A stretch of 64,000 nt of DNA from an uncultured Poribacteria bacterium (GTDB lineage Bacteria > Poribacteria > WGA-4E > WGA-3G): contig OX638351.1 of assembly GCA_951813565.1 (NCBI GenBank), forward strand, positions 1,120,001 through 1,184,000, written 5' to 3'. Below, piece after piece: positions 38,920-48,458 of the stretch. Both the position numbers and the translations under genes were made by a program. Positions within the stretch are counted from its first letter, which is position 1; each line of letters starts with the position of its first letter. Below the pieces are notes generated by a model. It had not been told where the DNA came from, did no database searches, and saw only the letters and a program-made list of their open reading frames with translations.

Positions 38920-40812
38920 TTGCAAACATGCAACCTTAGAAGAACGGAGGGAAGAACCATAGCCGTTAAAGATCCAACTTACAAATTCCGCACAGAAGCT
39001 GGAATGCTTATTAATTCTGGCACGTCGCGAAGCATTGTGCTTCACGGGAATATCCACGATCTCTTTTTCGTTGAAGAATCAGGAGAGGAGGATTACATAC
39101 CGCTTGTTCCGTTCCTTACACGGAGTTGGGATATTTCGGGTTTTATCCTCATAGTATATGAACTCAATGGACCGCTCCGTTTTCTGCATGCAAGCGACCG
39201 AGAAAAGGTGAAAAACGCTTTCAACTTATGGCGAGGGGATAGCGAACCTTCACAGAAAAAAACGACCAGTATTTTCGCGCTTCCCAGTAGGGAGGAAGAC
39301 CCCAACAATAAACCAAATAAATCCTTAGATGCGTCTGATGGCTTATTTGAGCAGTATCTGAACGATGCAATCGGTAGTCCGACATTAGCACATGAACTGC
39401 TACGACAATTCTGTCTGATTTCGCGATCTACTAATGCTCGCGGAGAAAAGTTTTTACAGGAAAAGTTACTCATCTTTATAGAAGCAACAGATATGTTACT
39501 CCCTGAAGGGGAAATCCGCAGTTTGAGTTTAGCTGACAGACAAAGGGTTAGCATCGTGCAGGATTGGATTTCTGATTCCGATTTCATGAAGGCTACTGAT
39601 ACGGTTGTCTTCATTGCTGAATCAAAAAGCCTGATAAACTCACGTATTATGCGCTTGCCGCAAGTTGTTGATGTAGAAATTCAATCCCCACAAGTAGAAG
39701 AGCGAAGACATTTTATTTCATGGTTTAATAGAACCCAAAAACCTGCCAAAAAGGAGTTAAATTTATGGGGTAGCCAATCTCAGCTTGCGGTGTTAACGGC
39801 AGGATTATCCATTCAAGCTTTGCGCCAATTGCTTGTTTCAGCCTGTTATTCAGGAGAAAAACTGCGTCCAGACAACGTAATAGAAAAAGTATCTGAATTT
39901 ATCCAAGCGCAGTTGGGAGAGGATGTCGTAGAATTCAAAAAACCTGCACATTCCCTCAAAGATATTATAGGCAACCAGAAATTGATTGAGTTCTTGAGGA
40001 CACAGATAATTCCGCGTATCACATCTACTGGAAAAGATTCTATCTCAGGACTGAGCGTTTGCGGACCTATCGGCAGCGGAAAAACTTTTATCTTTGAAGG
40101 ACTCGCAGGAGAACTTGACATCCCTGTGCTTGTGCTTAAGAACATTCGGAGCATGTGGTTTGGACAGACGGATGTCATCTTTGAACGTCTCAGACGTTTA
40201 CTGATGGCACTCGTGAATGTGCTAATTTTTGTTGATGAAGCGGATACGCAGTTCGGGGATGTCGGAAGGGACGCACACGCAACTGAACGTAGACTTACAG
40301 GAAAAATACAAGCGATGATGTCTGACCCACAGTTACGCGGCAATATCACATGGCTGCTGATGACAGCACGCATCTATAATCTTTCCCCTGACTTACGCAG
40401 GGAGGGTAGGGTTGGAGACATCGTAATTCCAGTCCTCGACCCAACAGGTGAAGACCGTGAGACATTTTTACGTTGGACATTGAGCAACGTTTTCAGTGGC
40501 GATATTCCAGATGAGGCGTTTAAACTCCTTCTATCGCTGACTGAAGGCTATTCAGCAGCGAGTTTCGCATCTCTCCGTGCTGACCTTGAAGCTGCCAAAA
40601 ACCGCGAAGGAAAGTTATCTGTAGACGAAATAATTGATGTAATCTCGGATAGGATTCTGCCCAATATCGGTCCAATTCGGCGCTATCAAACCTTACAAGC
40701 TTTTCTGAATTGTACCCGCAAATCCTTACTTCCGGTGGACTACTCCCCAGAAACACGTGAATCGTGGTTAGAACAAATAGCGCAGTTAGAAGCTATGGGA
40801 ATTAGAGGCTGA
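38920..40812 (+). CDS. AAA+ ATPase with a degenerate N-terminal and an active C-terminal module
   Basis: GPIGSGKT, pore loop SMWFGQT, IFVDEAD, LRREGRVG; N-terminal SIVLHGN and LLIFIE remnants. Confidence 0.85.
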   Translation: MQTCNLRRTEGRTIAVKDPTYKFRTEAGMLINSGTSRSIVLHGNIHDLFFVEESGEEDYIPLVPFLTRSWDISGFILIVYELNGPLRFLHASDREKVKNAFNLWRGDSEPSQKKTTSIFALPSREEDPNNKPNKSLDASDGLFEQYLNDAIGSPTLAHELLRQFCLISRSTNARGEKFLQEKLLIFIEATDMLLPEGEIRSLSLADRQRVSIVQDWISDSDFMKATDTVVFIAESKSLINSRIMRLPQVVDVEIQSPQVEERRHFISWFNRTQKPAKKELNLWGSQSQLAVLTAGLSIQALRQLLVSACYSGEKLRPDNVIEKVSEFIQAQLGEDVVEFKKPAHSLKDIIGNQKLIEFLRTQIIPRITSTGKDSISGLSVCGPIGSGKTFIFEGLAGELDIPVLVLKNIRSMWFGQTDVIFERLRRLLMALVNVLIFVDEADTQFGDVGRDAHATERRLTGKIQAMMSDPQLRGNITWLLMTARIYNLSPDLRREGRVGDIVIPVLDPTGEDRETFLRWTLSNVFSGDIPDEAFKLLLSLTEGYSAASFASLRADLEAAKNREGKLSVDEIIDVISDRILPNIGPIRRYQTLQAFLNCTRKSLLPVDYSPETRESWLEQIAQLEAMGIRG

Positions 40813-40851
40813 CAGGAATACAGCCAATACAAAATACACAGACAGTCTCCA

Positions 40852-42000
40852 TTAACTTATACTGATAACCTTCCCACTTGCAGCAGAACGGTATCCAGCA
40901 CAAATAATTTCAACGGAATGTGCAGCAAATTCAGCGTTCATCTCACTCTCAACTCCATTTTCAATACAATCTATAAACGCGCTAAATTCACTTGGTCCAT
41001 CATTTCCACTGCCGACATCAATCCAGTGCTGCTTTGGTTGCATTTTAATTTCTGCCTGTGTGCTACTCCACATACCCATCGGGTCAAGCGGGTGCGGTGT
41101 CGGCGGCTCAAATGCTGGTTCTGCGGCAAACACTTCTAACCTATTCACCGAAGCGTCAAATGTCAGTGTAGCCTCAGTGCCGACGAGGTGAACCTTTCGT
41201 AAGCCTCCTTGCGCATGGCTTTGCCAACCGTAACGGCCCGCAGCTACCGTTGCGGTAATATCATTTTCTAATGTTAAGACCAACGCGCCGAAATCCTCTA
41301 AGTCACAGCCGTGATGTTCTTTAAAAAAGTAATTTGCCGTTCCACCAAACACGCGCTGCACTCGTTTCTGTGTCAACCAATTCACCATTGACACAGCATA
41401 AACACCAATATCAAACATTTCTGGTTTTGCTTCCACAAAACTATACTGTTCCAAATTCGGTTTCTGTATCCGTTTTTTACCGACAGGTGCAGTTCCTGGA
41501 TGTCCTTTCGCAAACATGACATCGCAATGAATCGCTTGTAGTTTACCGATGTGTCCACTGTCTAATCCTTGTTTGACCGTCCGTGCCCATGTGCTATGTA
41601 TGTTACTGAACATCTGTGTGCGAACACCGCTTTTTGTAACAGCATCAACAATCTGTTGTGCCTGTTCAGCGTTGAGTGCCATTGGTTTATCAAGGTAGAC
41701 GTGCTTTCCTGCTTCTGCACATTTCGTTCCAACACGACCACGCCTTTCAACTTCTGTGCAGAGACTTACAATATGCACATCATCACGCGCTAACGCCTCA
41801 TCAAGGTCAGGAATGAAGGGCAAGTTTAATTCTTCTGCGAGGGAACGTGCCAATGCAACCCGTTCCGCAGGCGCATCTTGCTCATCAGCAAAGGCAATAA
41901 GTTGACATCGGGAATCATTCGCAAAAAGTTGTGCATAATTTTCTTGATGTGTGCGATGTCCACCGAGCAGTAGGACACCGTATTTTCCGTTTTTTTCCAT
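40852..42000 (-). CDS. Gfo/Idh/MocA oxidoreductase
   Basis: AGKHVYLDKP, DIGVY, YRSAASGK. Confidence 0.85.
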   Translation of the reverse strand: MEKNGKYGVLLLGGHRTHQENYAQLFANDSRCQLIAFADEQDAPAERVALARSLAEELNLPFIPDLDEALARDDVHIVSLCTEVERRGRVGTKCAEAGKHVYLDKPMALNAEQAQQIVDAVTKSGVRTQMFSNIHSTWARTVKQGLDSGHIGKLQAIHCDVMFAKGHPGTAPVGKKRIQKPNLEQYSFVEAKPEMFDIGVYAVSMVNWLTQKRVQRVFGGTANYFFKEHHGCDLEDFGALVLTLENDITATVAAGRYGWQSHAQGGLRKVHLVGTEATLTFDASVNRLEVFAAEPAFEPPTPHPLDPMGMWSSTQAEIKMQPKQHWIDVGSGNDGPSEFSAFIDCIENGVESEMNAEFAAHSVEIICAGYRSAASGKVISIS

Positions 42001-42002
42001 GT

Positions 42003-42446
42003 TTATCCCTCCACCACTATAGGCTGACCAGTTGCAAGTGCGTTAGAGATAGTCTCAGTAAGTTCTCCTGTACTACCGAGTCGAGGCGGGGTAGCACTCA
42101 GATGATGCCTGCCAATTGGCGTTTCATGGTAAATAACGCCTTTATTTCCAACCAACATAATGTCAATGGCAGTTTCAGTATCAACTCGATTGATACTCAG
42201 CACTGCCATCTGACCATCTACATATTCCACCATTACCGTGACCTGTATTGCGTCAGTATCCCCTTGGGCATAGACGCGCTGCGGTTGGGATGGTATCCAT
42301 CCGTTTGATAGCGCAACCATTTCTGCAGTAGGCTGCAGTAGGCTGCTTGTTTCACTTGCAATATTAAGTACACATCTTAAAAACACTGGACTCCCAATCC
42401 GATTCTGCTTGATTACAGAATCAATTGATTTTTTAAGCGATTCCAT
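42003..42446 (-). CDS. Hypothetical protein resembling an isolated Gfo/Idh/MocA C-terminal sheet
   Basis: IGSPVFLR, RVYAQG, LVGNKGVIY; AAGGAG RBS; adjacent to the downstream oxidoreductase. Confidence 0.65.
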   Translation of the reverse strand: MESLKKSIDSVIKQNRIGSPVFLRCVLNIASETSSLLQPTAEMVALSNGWIPSQPQRVYAQGDTDAIQVTVMVEYVDGQMAVLSINRVDTETAIDIMLVGNKGVIYHETPIGRHHLSATPPRLGSTGELTETISNALATGQPIVVEG

Positions 42447-42585
42447 TTATTCTCCTTCTAAATTTGATAATAGAAAAAATTTGACGGTTCTGGCACTTTA
42501 TGATATATTTTTACATATTGACTGGTTTACAAACTACGCCAAATTTCCTTAAGTCAATAGACTCTTAACTCTTTGGAGGACAACT

Positions 42586-42951
42586 ATGCCATTAAAAACC
42601 CTAAAAGAACTTGTCGCTGAAGCAAAAGCGAATGTTGGACATATTTCACCTGATGAGCTTACAGAAGCAGGTGATTCTGTCATCTTATTAGATGTTCGTG
42701 ACGAACCGGACTATGACGAAGAACACTTACCAAATGCAGTTTCACTCCCTCGCGGTTACCTTGAACTTGATATAGACGAGGTCGCTCCTGATGGAGATAC
42801 ACACATCGTAACGTACTGCGGCGGTGGAACCCGTGCAACGCTTTCGGCACAGACCTTAAAAAATATGGGTTATGAGAATGTTTCAGTCTTAACAGGTGGT
42901 TTCCGCGGTTGGAAAGCAGCAGGTCTGACGACTGAAAAATCCGATCAGTAA
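42586..42951 (+). CDS. Rhodanese-like domain protein
   Basis: LLDVRD, HLPNA, YCGGGTRA, GGFRGW; TTGACG-17 bp-TATATT promoter at 42481-42509. Confidence 0.9.
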   Translation: MPLKTLKELVAEAKANVGHISPDELTEAGDSVILLDVRDEPDYDEEHLPNAVSLPRGYLELDIDEVAPDGDTHIVTYCGGGTRATLSAQTLKNMGYENVSVLTGGFRGWKAAGLTTEKSDQ

Positions 42952-43076
42952 ACCATCACATATTAAGTTAGCATAATTAGGATACCTTGTCAATTTCTGA
43001 GTTTCTTGTAGTTAAGGCGATTCGTTTCGCAACGTATTCGCCTTCAACACAAAAACAGATACGAATGGAGAAAAGG

Positions 43077-44147
43077 ATGCTACATGTCTCTATGAATCGT
43101 TTCAGCTTGTTGAATGTGTTAAAGAAATATATCCCATTGGGGTTTTTCATTCTCGCTTTCTTTATTTGTGGTTGTGATGGGATGAAAAAGCAGCAGCTAA
43201 ACATCTTTACTTGGTCAGGGTACGTCAGTGAAGAGATACGTTCAGGATTTGAGGATGAGTTCGGTGTGAATGTCATTGTAGATACTTTTGGTGCCAATGA
43301 AGATCTACTTGCTAAGTTATCTGCTGGTGCAACAGGTTATGACATTATTATGCCATCAGATTATATGGTTTCTATCATGATAAAGGAAAACTTATTAGCA
43401 GAGTTGAATCGCGAGAACATTCCTAACTTTCAGAACATCAGTCCACTTTTTCTTGGTAAGTACTACGATCCAGAAAACCGCTATTCTGTGCCATATACCT
43501 TCGGCACTGCAGGTATCGCCTACGATTCATCTAAGGTTTCATCTGATCCTGAAAGTTGGTCGGTACTTTGGGATGAAAAATATAAGAATCAATTCAGTAT
43601 GCTTGATGACCAACGTGAGACACTTGGTGTCGCCTTTAAACTTCTCGGATATAGCATCAATACAACCGATCCTGAACAACTTAGACAAGCAAAAGAGAAA
43701 TTAATTGAACAGAGACCGATCGTTAAACAGTACAAGAGCGAAGCTGAAGAGCTGCTTATTGCGGGCGATGTCATTATGGCGCATTGCTGGAGTGGCGACG
43801 CGTTTCGCGCTGCAGCGGAGCGTCCTTCCATCCGCTATGTGATTCCAAAAGAAGGGTCAAGCCAATTTATTGACACCGTCTGTATTCCAAAATCCGCCCC
43901 ACATAAAGATCTTGCCGAAAAGTTTATTAATTATCTCCTCCGTCCAGAGGTCAATGCCAAAATTACTGCTTTTACCAAATATGGTACTTGTGTCACAGCT
44001 GCCAAAGAACACTTGCCAGAAGATCTGCAGAAACATAAATTTATCTATCCGCCAGCAGAAGTTATGGAGTCCCTTGAATGGTTGAAAGACCAAGGTGAGT
44101 TTACACAACAATACAGCCGCGCATGGGACGAAATTAAGGCAAGATAA
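43077..44147 (+). CDS. potD: Spermidine/putrescine ABC transporter substrate-binding lipoprotein
   Basis: Lipobox ICGC; LNIFTWSGY, GYDIIMPSDY, WSGDA, IPKEG, FINYLLRPE; start codon approximate. Confidence 0.85.
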   Translation: MLHVSMNRFSLLNVLKKYIPLGFFILAFFICGCDGMKKQQLNIFTWSGYVSEEIRSGFEDEFGVNVIVDTFGANEDLLAKLSAGATGYDIIMPSDYMVSIMIKENLLAELNRENIPNFQNISPLFLGKYYDPENRYSVPYTFGTAGIAYDSSKVSSDPESWSVLWDEKYKNQFSMLDDQRETLGVAFKLLGYSINTTDPEQLRQAKEKLIEQRPIVKQYKSEAEELLIAGDVIMAHCWSGDAFRAAAERPSIRYVIPKEGSSQFIDTVCIPKSAPHKDLAEKFINYLLRPEVNAKITAFTKYGTCVTAAKEHLPEDLQKHKFIYPPAEVMESLEWLKDQGEFTQQYSRAWDEIKAR

Positions 44148-44239
44148 ATTAGAATTCGCCCCACAAATATTTGTGGAATGCGTTATTAAGTGTGACTCTT
44201 TTTACGTCCTCCCGATCTTTTTGTAGCTACCTATTTTAT

Positions 44240-44347
44240 TACATCCACTTTTCCTGAAGAAAACTCATTCTATATACAACTATAAAATAGGAAAGTTACA
44301 AACTTTAACCTCATAAAGAAAAGTACTATGCGGAAAAGTAGAATGTA
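44240..44347. mobile_element. Degenerate MITE-like element
   Basis: TACATCCACTTTTCC...GGAAAAGTAGAATGTA inverted ends. Confidence 0.4.
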
Positions 44348-44359
44348 TCTCATAATATT

Positions 44360-44432
44360 GTAGGGCGAGGTCTCTGTGTCTCGCCGTATCTTGGCAAGAA
44401 AACAACGGGCGGGCACAGAGACCCGTCCTTAC
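44360..44432. repeat. Inverted REP-like doublet
   Basis: GTAGGGCGAGGTCTCTGTGTCTCGCC...GGGCGGGCACAGAGACCCGTCCTTAC. Confidence 0.75.
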
Positions 44433-44511
44433 AATTTAAGATTTGAATTTCTGAAAGAAATCAGATATACAATCTATGAGATAGATTGTAGTTTGATAAA
44501 GAGGAAATGTC

Positions 44512-46093
44512 GTGAAATTCCGAAAAACGTTGAAATTCATGGTTCAAAATCCGTCCACATTTTTCCTATGTTATTTATAGTAAAATTCACAATTACCTTT
44601 ACATTGGCGAGGTTAGGAAACCTCGCCAGCGCATGCGTGTGGGAATTGCTGTTCATTGAAATGTGAACATATTATTGGATTTTACTATAATATGCTGGAT
44701 TTTCTTTTCTGCTTTACACACCTTAACAGACGACCCTTTCATATATGGGACCTTACCTGATGTAGATGAGGAGGTAAAGAATTCCACAAACCACTTACCT
44801 TGGTCGCTATGGAAACTACTTTCTGCACTATCTCTTATCATTGAGGAAATCGTAAGTGATTTGTCACCTATTGAAAGAAGTTGGATTGCCTTAGTTCCTG
44901 CTCTAATCTTGGTTTACATAGAAGCAAGGGGAAATGTAAACGGTATAGCCAACGAAAGAAAGGAGTGGATGAATTGGTACGGTCAGCAACAAAAAGCAAA
45001 GGAATTAGGGAACAGTTATGAAGTGCCACCCGTAATGAATAACGATCAGGATGAATCCTATTTCATTAAAGCCCATAAAGTAATTCTATTTAGACTTCGT
45101 TCCCCCAAACGTCTATTTGTCCATTTTGGATACTGGGCTGCTTTTTTGCTTTTCGTAGCCGTCATTCTGTTTATCAACGATGGAATTGTAGTGACCGTTC
45201 AATACATTATAAAGGACCTTCATGTATTGGTTATACTTGCGGCAATACTTGCGCCCATCTCATGTTACTTTGAGACAAGGGGATTTTTGAAAGGGATTGC
45301 TGCTGAAAGCCGAATGTGGATTGAGTGGTATAATCGACAGTGGGCTGCTATAAAACTTGGTGCTGATTTTGAGGAACCACCATCATCCCCAAAAATGAGG
45401 GTTGAATCATATTCCAAGACGTTAGCAGAAACAGTCGTATTCATGCTACGAAACCCGAGATCGTTTTTCATACATTTTATGTCTTGGGTCTTTGCCGTGC
45501 CTATGTTATTCATTTTCTTTGCAATCATTTTTAATTTTTACGAAAATTTGACTATTCCATCACTGCAGGAAGTTGTGGAAATTTATTTCGAATTTTGTAT
45601 ACCTCTTACAATTTTTGCTGTTATCATCAGTTATCAAGAGGCGAAAGGAAATTTAAAAGGCGTTGTGTCTGAACAGCAGGTGTGGAATAGGTGGTATACA
45701 CGGCAACAAGCAGTTCCGCAGGATAATCCTTTTGAAGAATTGTCTTCATTTGCAAACAAGCAGCCTGATACATATTTTTTGACTGCTGAAAGGACATTGC
45801 TATCTATGCTCCGCAAACCACAGCAATTTATCCTTCACTTAATTTGTTGGATATCCGGTTTTGTGGTAGTATATGGAATCACAGACCTGTTCGTTATTGA
45901 AGAAATGCCTGATACTGTGCAGATTCTGCTTGTCATAACACTTGCATTCATCTCATGCTACCAAAGGATAAAAGGCAATATGAATGGAACTAATTCACAG
46001 CGGCGGGCATGGATGGACTGGTATAACCGACAGCAGCAAGCAGAAGACGGTTTACAACCTACTGAGTCTCCGCCAATGTTAGGGGTTTTTTAA
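44512..46093 (+). pseudogene. Four-repeat membrane protein interrupted by a MITE (residual ORF 44663..46093)
   Basis: GAGGA RBS and GTG at 44512 give MKFRKTLKFMVQNPSTFFLCYL*; removing 44578-44689 joins this in frame to ICWIFFSAL; four G..G...(E/Q)...W..WY.(R/Q)Q units. Confidence 0.75.
44578..44687. mobile_element. 110-bp MITE with a TA target duplication (IS630/Tc1-like)
   Basis: TA|TAGTAAAATTCA...TGGATTTTACTA|TA; internal hairpin TGGCGAGGTTAGGAAACCTCGCCA. Confidence 0.8.
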
Positions 46094-46139
46094 CACCCGC
46101 GACAATAGACATAATGATATATAATATTCTTGTTTGTTT

Positions 46140-46174
46140 ACGCACCAGAATAAAAACTGGTGCGTTTTGTTTTT
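46140..46174 (+). terminator. Intrinsic terminator
   Basis: ACGCACCAG-8 nt-CTGGTGCGT followed by TTTGTTTTT. Confidence 0.65.
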
Positions 46175-46286
46175 GAACTAAAGCTAAAAATGATTGACTA
46201 CAAAATCGAAAATAGGTAATATATGAATGTTATAACTAATTGAGGGGTGTGCATAAATAATTCCGATGTTAAATATGCGCTTAAAG

Positions 46287-46510
46287 GTAGTCCGCACACG
46301 CCGTGGGTTTCCGTCCACAAGTTCAAAGAGGCGCAGCATGCCACACGGGGAATGCCATAAGGCATTCGGACCCGGTGAATGACTAAAGACGAATGCGCTT
46401 GGTAGAATACGCTTTTGGTATTCTACATGATTCGCCATGATTCATACCGTTGATTTCTTGATTTGGCGCATGCTGCGTTGATTTGGCAATGAATTGCGCG
46501 ACTACAAACG
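46287..46510. repeat. Cluster of degenerate REP-like units and GAATGCC-type mini-palindromes
   Basis: GTAGTCCGCACACGCCGTG, GAATGCCATAAGGCATTC, GTAGAATACGCTTTTGGTATTCTAC, AATTGCGCGACTAC; shared with 13998-14262 and 51310-51334. Confidence 0.6.
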
Positions 46511-46610
46511 CATTTCTATAAATCAAGCGGCACTTGGCGTCTGTCCCTGTCTGTGTTGATGCGCCAAATATTTATGCACACCCCTCAACTAATTCTGAGG
46601 AAGCAAACCC

Positions 46611-46985
46611 ATGAAAAAAACACTGCTTTTTATGATGCACAACATTTCAGTGAAGGATATTATTTTTGGTGTTACAGTATGGATTTCCGGTGCACTAATT
46701 GTAACCATTCTATCTGAACTTATAGAGGGTTGGTCAGGTATTTCTAACATGATTTTTGCACTTAGCAAGAGTCTTACTATTATTGGTTTAGTTGCTTTCT
46801 TTTGCACCTACTCAAAGGCAAAAGGCAAAATGCAGGGCATTTTAGATGGCATTGCCACGGAGCGGAAGACGTGGAGAGATTGGTATAAACAACATCAAGA
46901 AGAAGTAAAATCACATGGAATTACATTTGAGACACCATCGTCATCAATGTTGCAGTGCCCTCATTGTGGAGGGAACCACGATTAA
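46611..46985 (+). CDS. Single-unit paralog of the four-repeat membrane protein
   Basis: KTLLFM, 2 TM, KAKG...GIATERKTWRDWYKQHQ...FETP. Confidence 0.75.
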   Translation: MKKTLLFMMHNISVKDIIFGVTVWISGALIVTILSELIEGWSGISNMIFALSKSLTIIGLVAFFCTYSKAKGKMQGILDGIATERKTWRDWYKQHQEEVKSHGITFETPSSSMLQCPHCGGNHD

Positions 46986-47012
46986 TTCTCGGTAAATCTA
47001 AAGGAGGAACAA

Positions 47013-48410
47013 TTGAGTAGACCGAATATACTATTTGTAATGTCAGACGACCATGCATCTCACGCGATGAGTTGCTACGGGAGTCGTATTAACAAAACCC
47101 CACACCTTGACCGAATTGCAGATGGCGGTATGATTTTCCAAAACTGTTTCTGCGTAAACTCGATCTGTACACCGAGTCGTGCAAACATCTTGACTGGTTT
47201 GCATAGTCATCTCAACGGTGTCAAGACATTAGGTGACCCACTTGATGGTAGAAAACCGAATGTGGCGAAGATGCTTCAAGCGAGCGGTTATCAAACGGCT
47301 ATGGTCGGGAAATGGCATCTCGGTCATGGTGGCAATGCTGATCCAACTGGATTTGACTATTGGAACGTCCTTCCCGGACAAGGGAGTTATTATGATCCAG
47401 TGATGATAGAAGAGGATGGTAGAAAACAGCATGAAGGGTATGCTACCGACATCATCACAGATTTCTCATTGGAATGGCTGCAGAATCGGGATAAAGATCA
47501 GCCGTTTTTCCTGATGTGTCATCACAAAGCACCACACCGTCCGTGGGATTCAGACGAAAAACATGCACACATGTTTGAAGATGGTGATGTTCCGATGCCA
47601 GATAACTTCTTTGACGATTATGCTAATCGTTCAAACGCCGCAAAGGAAGCGAAAATGCGGGTTTTCGGTCACATGAATGACAGAGATCTGAAGATTGAAA
47701 AACTGGGGCCGCCGCCCGAAGGCTTATCTGATGAAGAGTTAGCAAACTGGCAGTATCAACGTTACATCAAGGAATATTTGCGATGTGTAGCGTCAATTGA
47801 TGACAATGTTGGAAGGTTGCTTGATTATCTTGATGCAGATGGCGTTGCTGACGATACAATGGTCATTTATACGTCCGACCAAGGTTTCTTCTTAGGCGAC
47901 CACGGTTGGTACGACAAACGATTTATGTATGAAGAATCGCTACGTATGCCGTTTATTGTCCGTTATCCGCGTGCCGTTGGTGCTGGTAGTTCCACACATG
48001 CGATGGCTCTGAATATTGATTTTGCTGAAACATGGCTTGATTATGCAGGATTGCAAATTCCTGATGATATGCAGGGAAGTAGTCTGCGTCCAATATTTGA
48101 GGGTGAAACGCCGGACGATTGGCGAGAGTCTATGTATTATCGTTACTGGATGCACCTCTCTCATCACCATGTTCCCGCTCACTACGGTATTCGGACACAT
48201 CGTTACAAACTGATCTATTATTACGGAGAAGCTCTCGGTACATCCGGCTCCGTTAACCAGTCGACAGAACCAGAATGGGAACTTTTTGACCTTGAAAAAG
48301 ACCCTAACGAAATGTGCAGTGTTTATGACGATCCTGCTTATGCTGATGTCGTCAAGGAATTGACTGCGGAGTTATACCGCCTTAAAGAAGAGGCTATGGA
48401 CGACGAGTAG
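47013..48410 (+). CDS. Formylglycine-dependent sulfatase
   Basis: RPNILFVMSDD, CTPSRA, GKWHLG, SDQG; AAGGAGG RBS with TTG start. Confidence 0.93.
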   Translation: MSRPNILFVMSDDHASHAMSCYGSRINKTPHLDRIADGGMIFQNCFCVNSICTPSRANILTGLHSHLNGVKTLGDPLDGRKPNVAKMLQASGYQTAMVGKWHLGHGGNADPTGFDYWNVLPGQGSYYDPVMIEEDGRKQHEGYATDIITDFSLEWLQNRDKDQPFFLMCHHKAPHRPWDSDEKHAHMFEDGDVPMPDNFFDDYANRSNAAKEAKMRVFGHMNDRDLKIEKLGPPPEGLSDEELANWQYQRYIKEYLRCVASIDDNVGRLLDYLDADGVADDTMVIYTSDQGFFLGDHGWYDKRFMYEESLRMPFIVRYPRAVGAGSSTHAMALNIDFAETWLDYAGLQIPDDMQGSSLRPIFEGETPDDWRESMYYRYWMHLSHHHVPAHYGIRTHRYKLIYYYGEALGTSGSVNQSTEPEWELFDLEKDPNEMCSVYDDPAYADVVKELTAELYRLKEEAMDDE

Positions 48411-48458
48411 GTAATTGTTTTCTTGTGTCTGTTAAAAGATTACAAAAGGAGGCATAAA

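Noticed and set aside
44376..44666. 96-aa ORF
   Set aside because: It spans a REP doublet and a MITE; the real gene start is in another frame at 44512.
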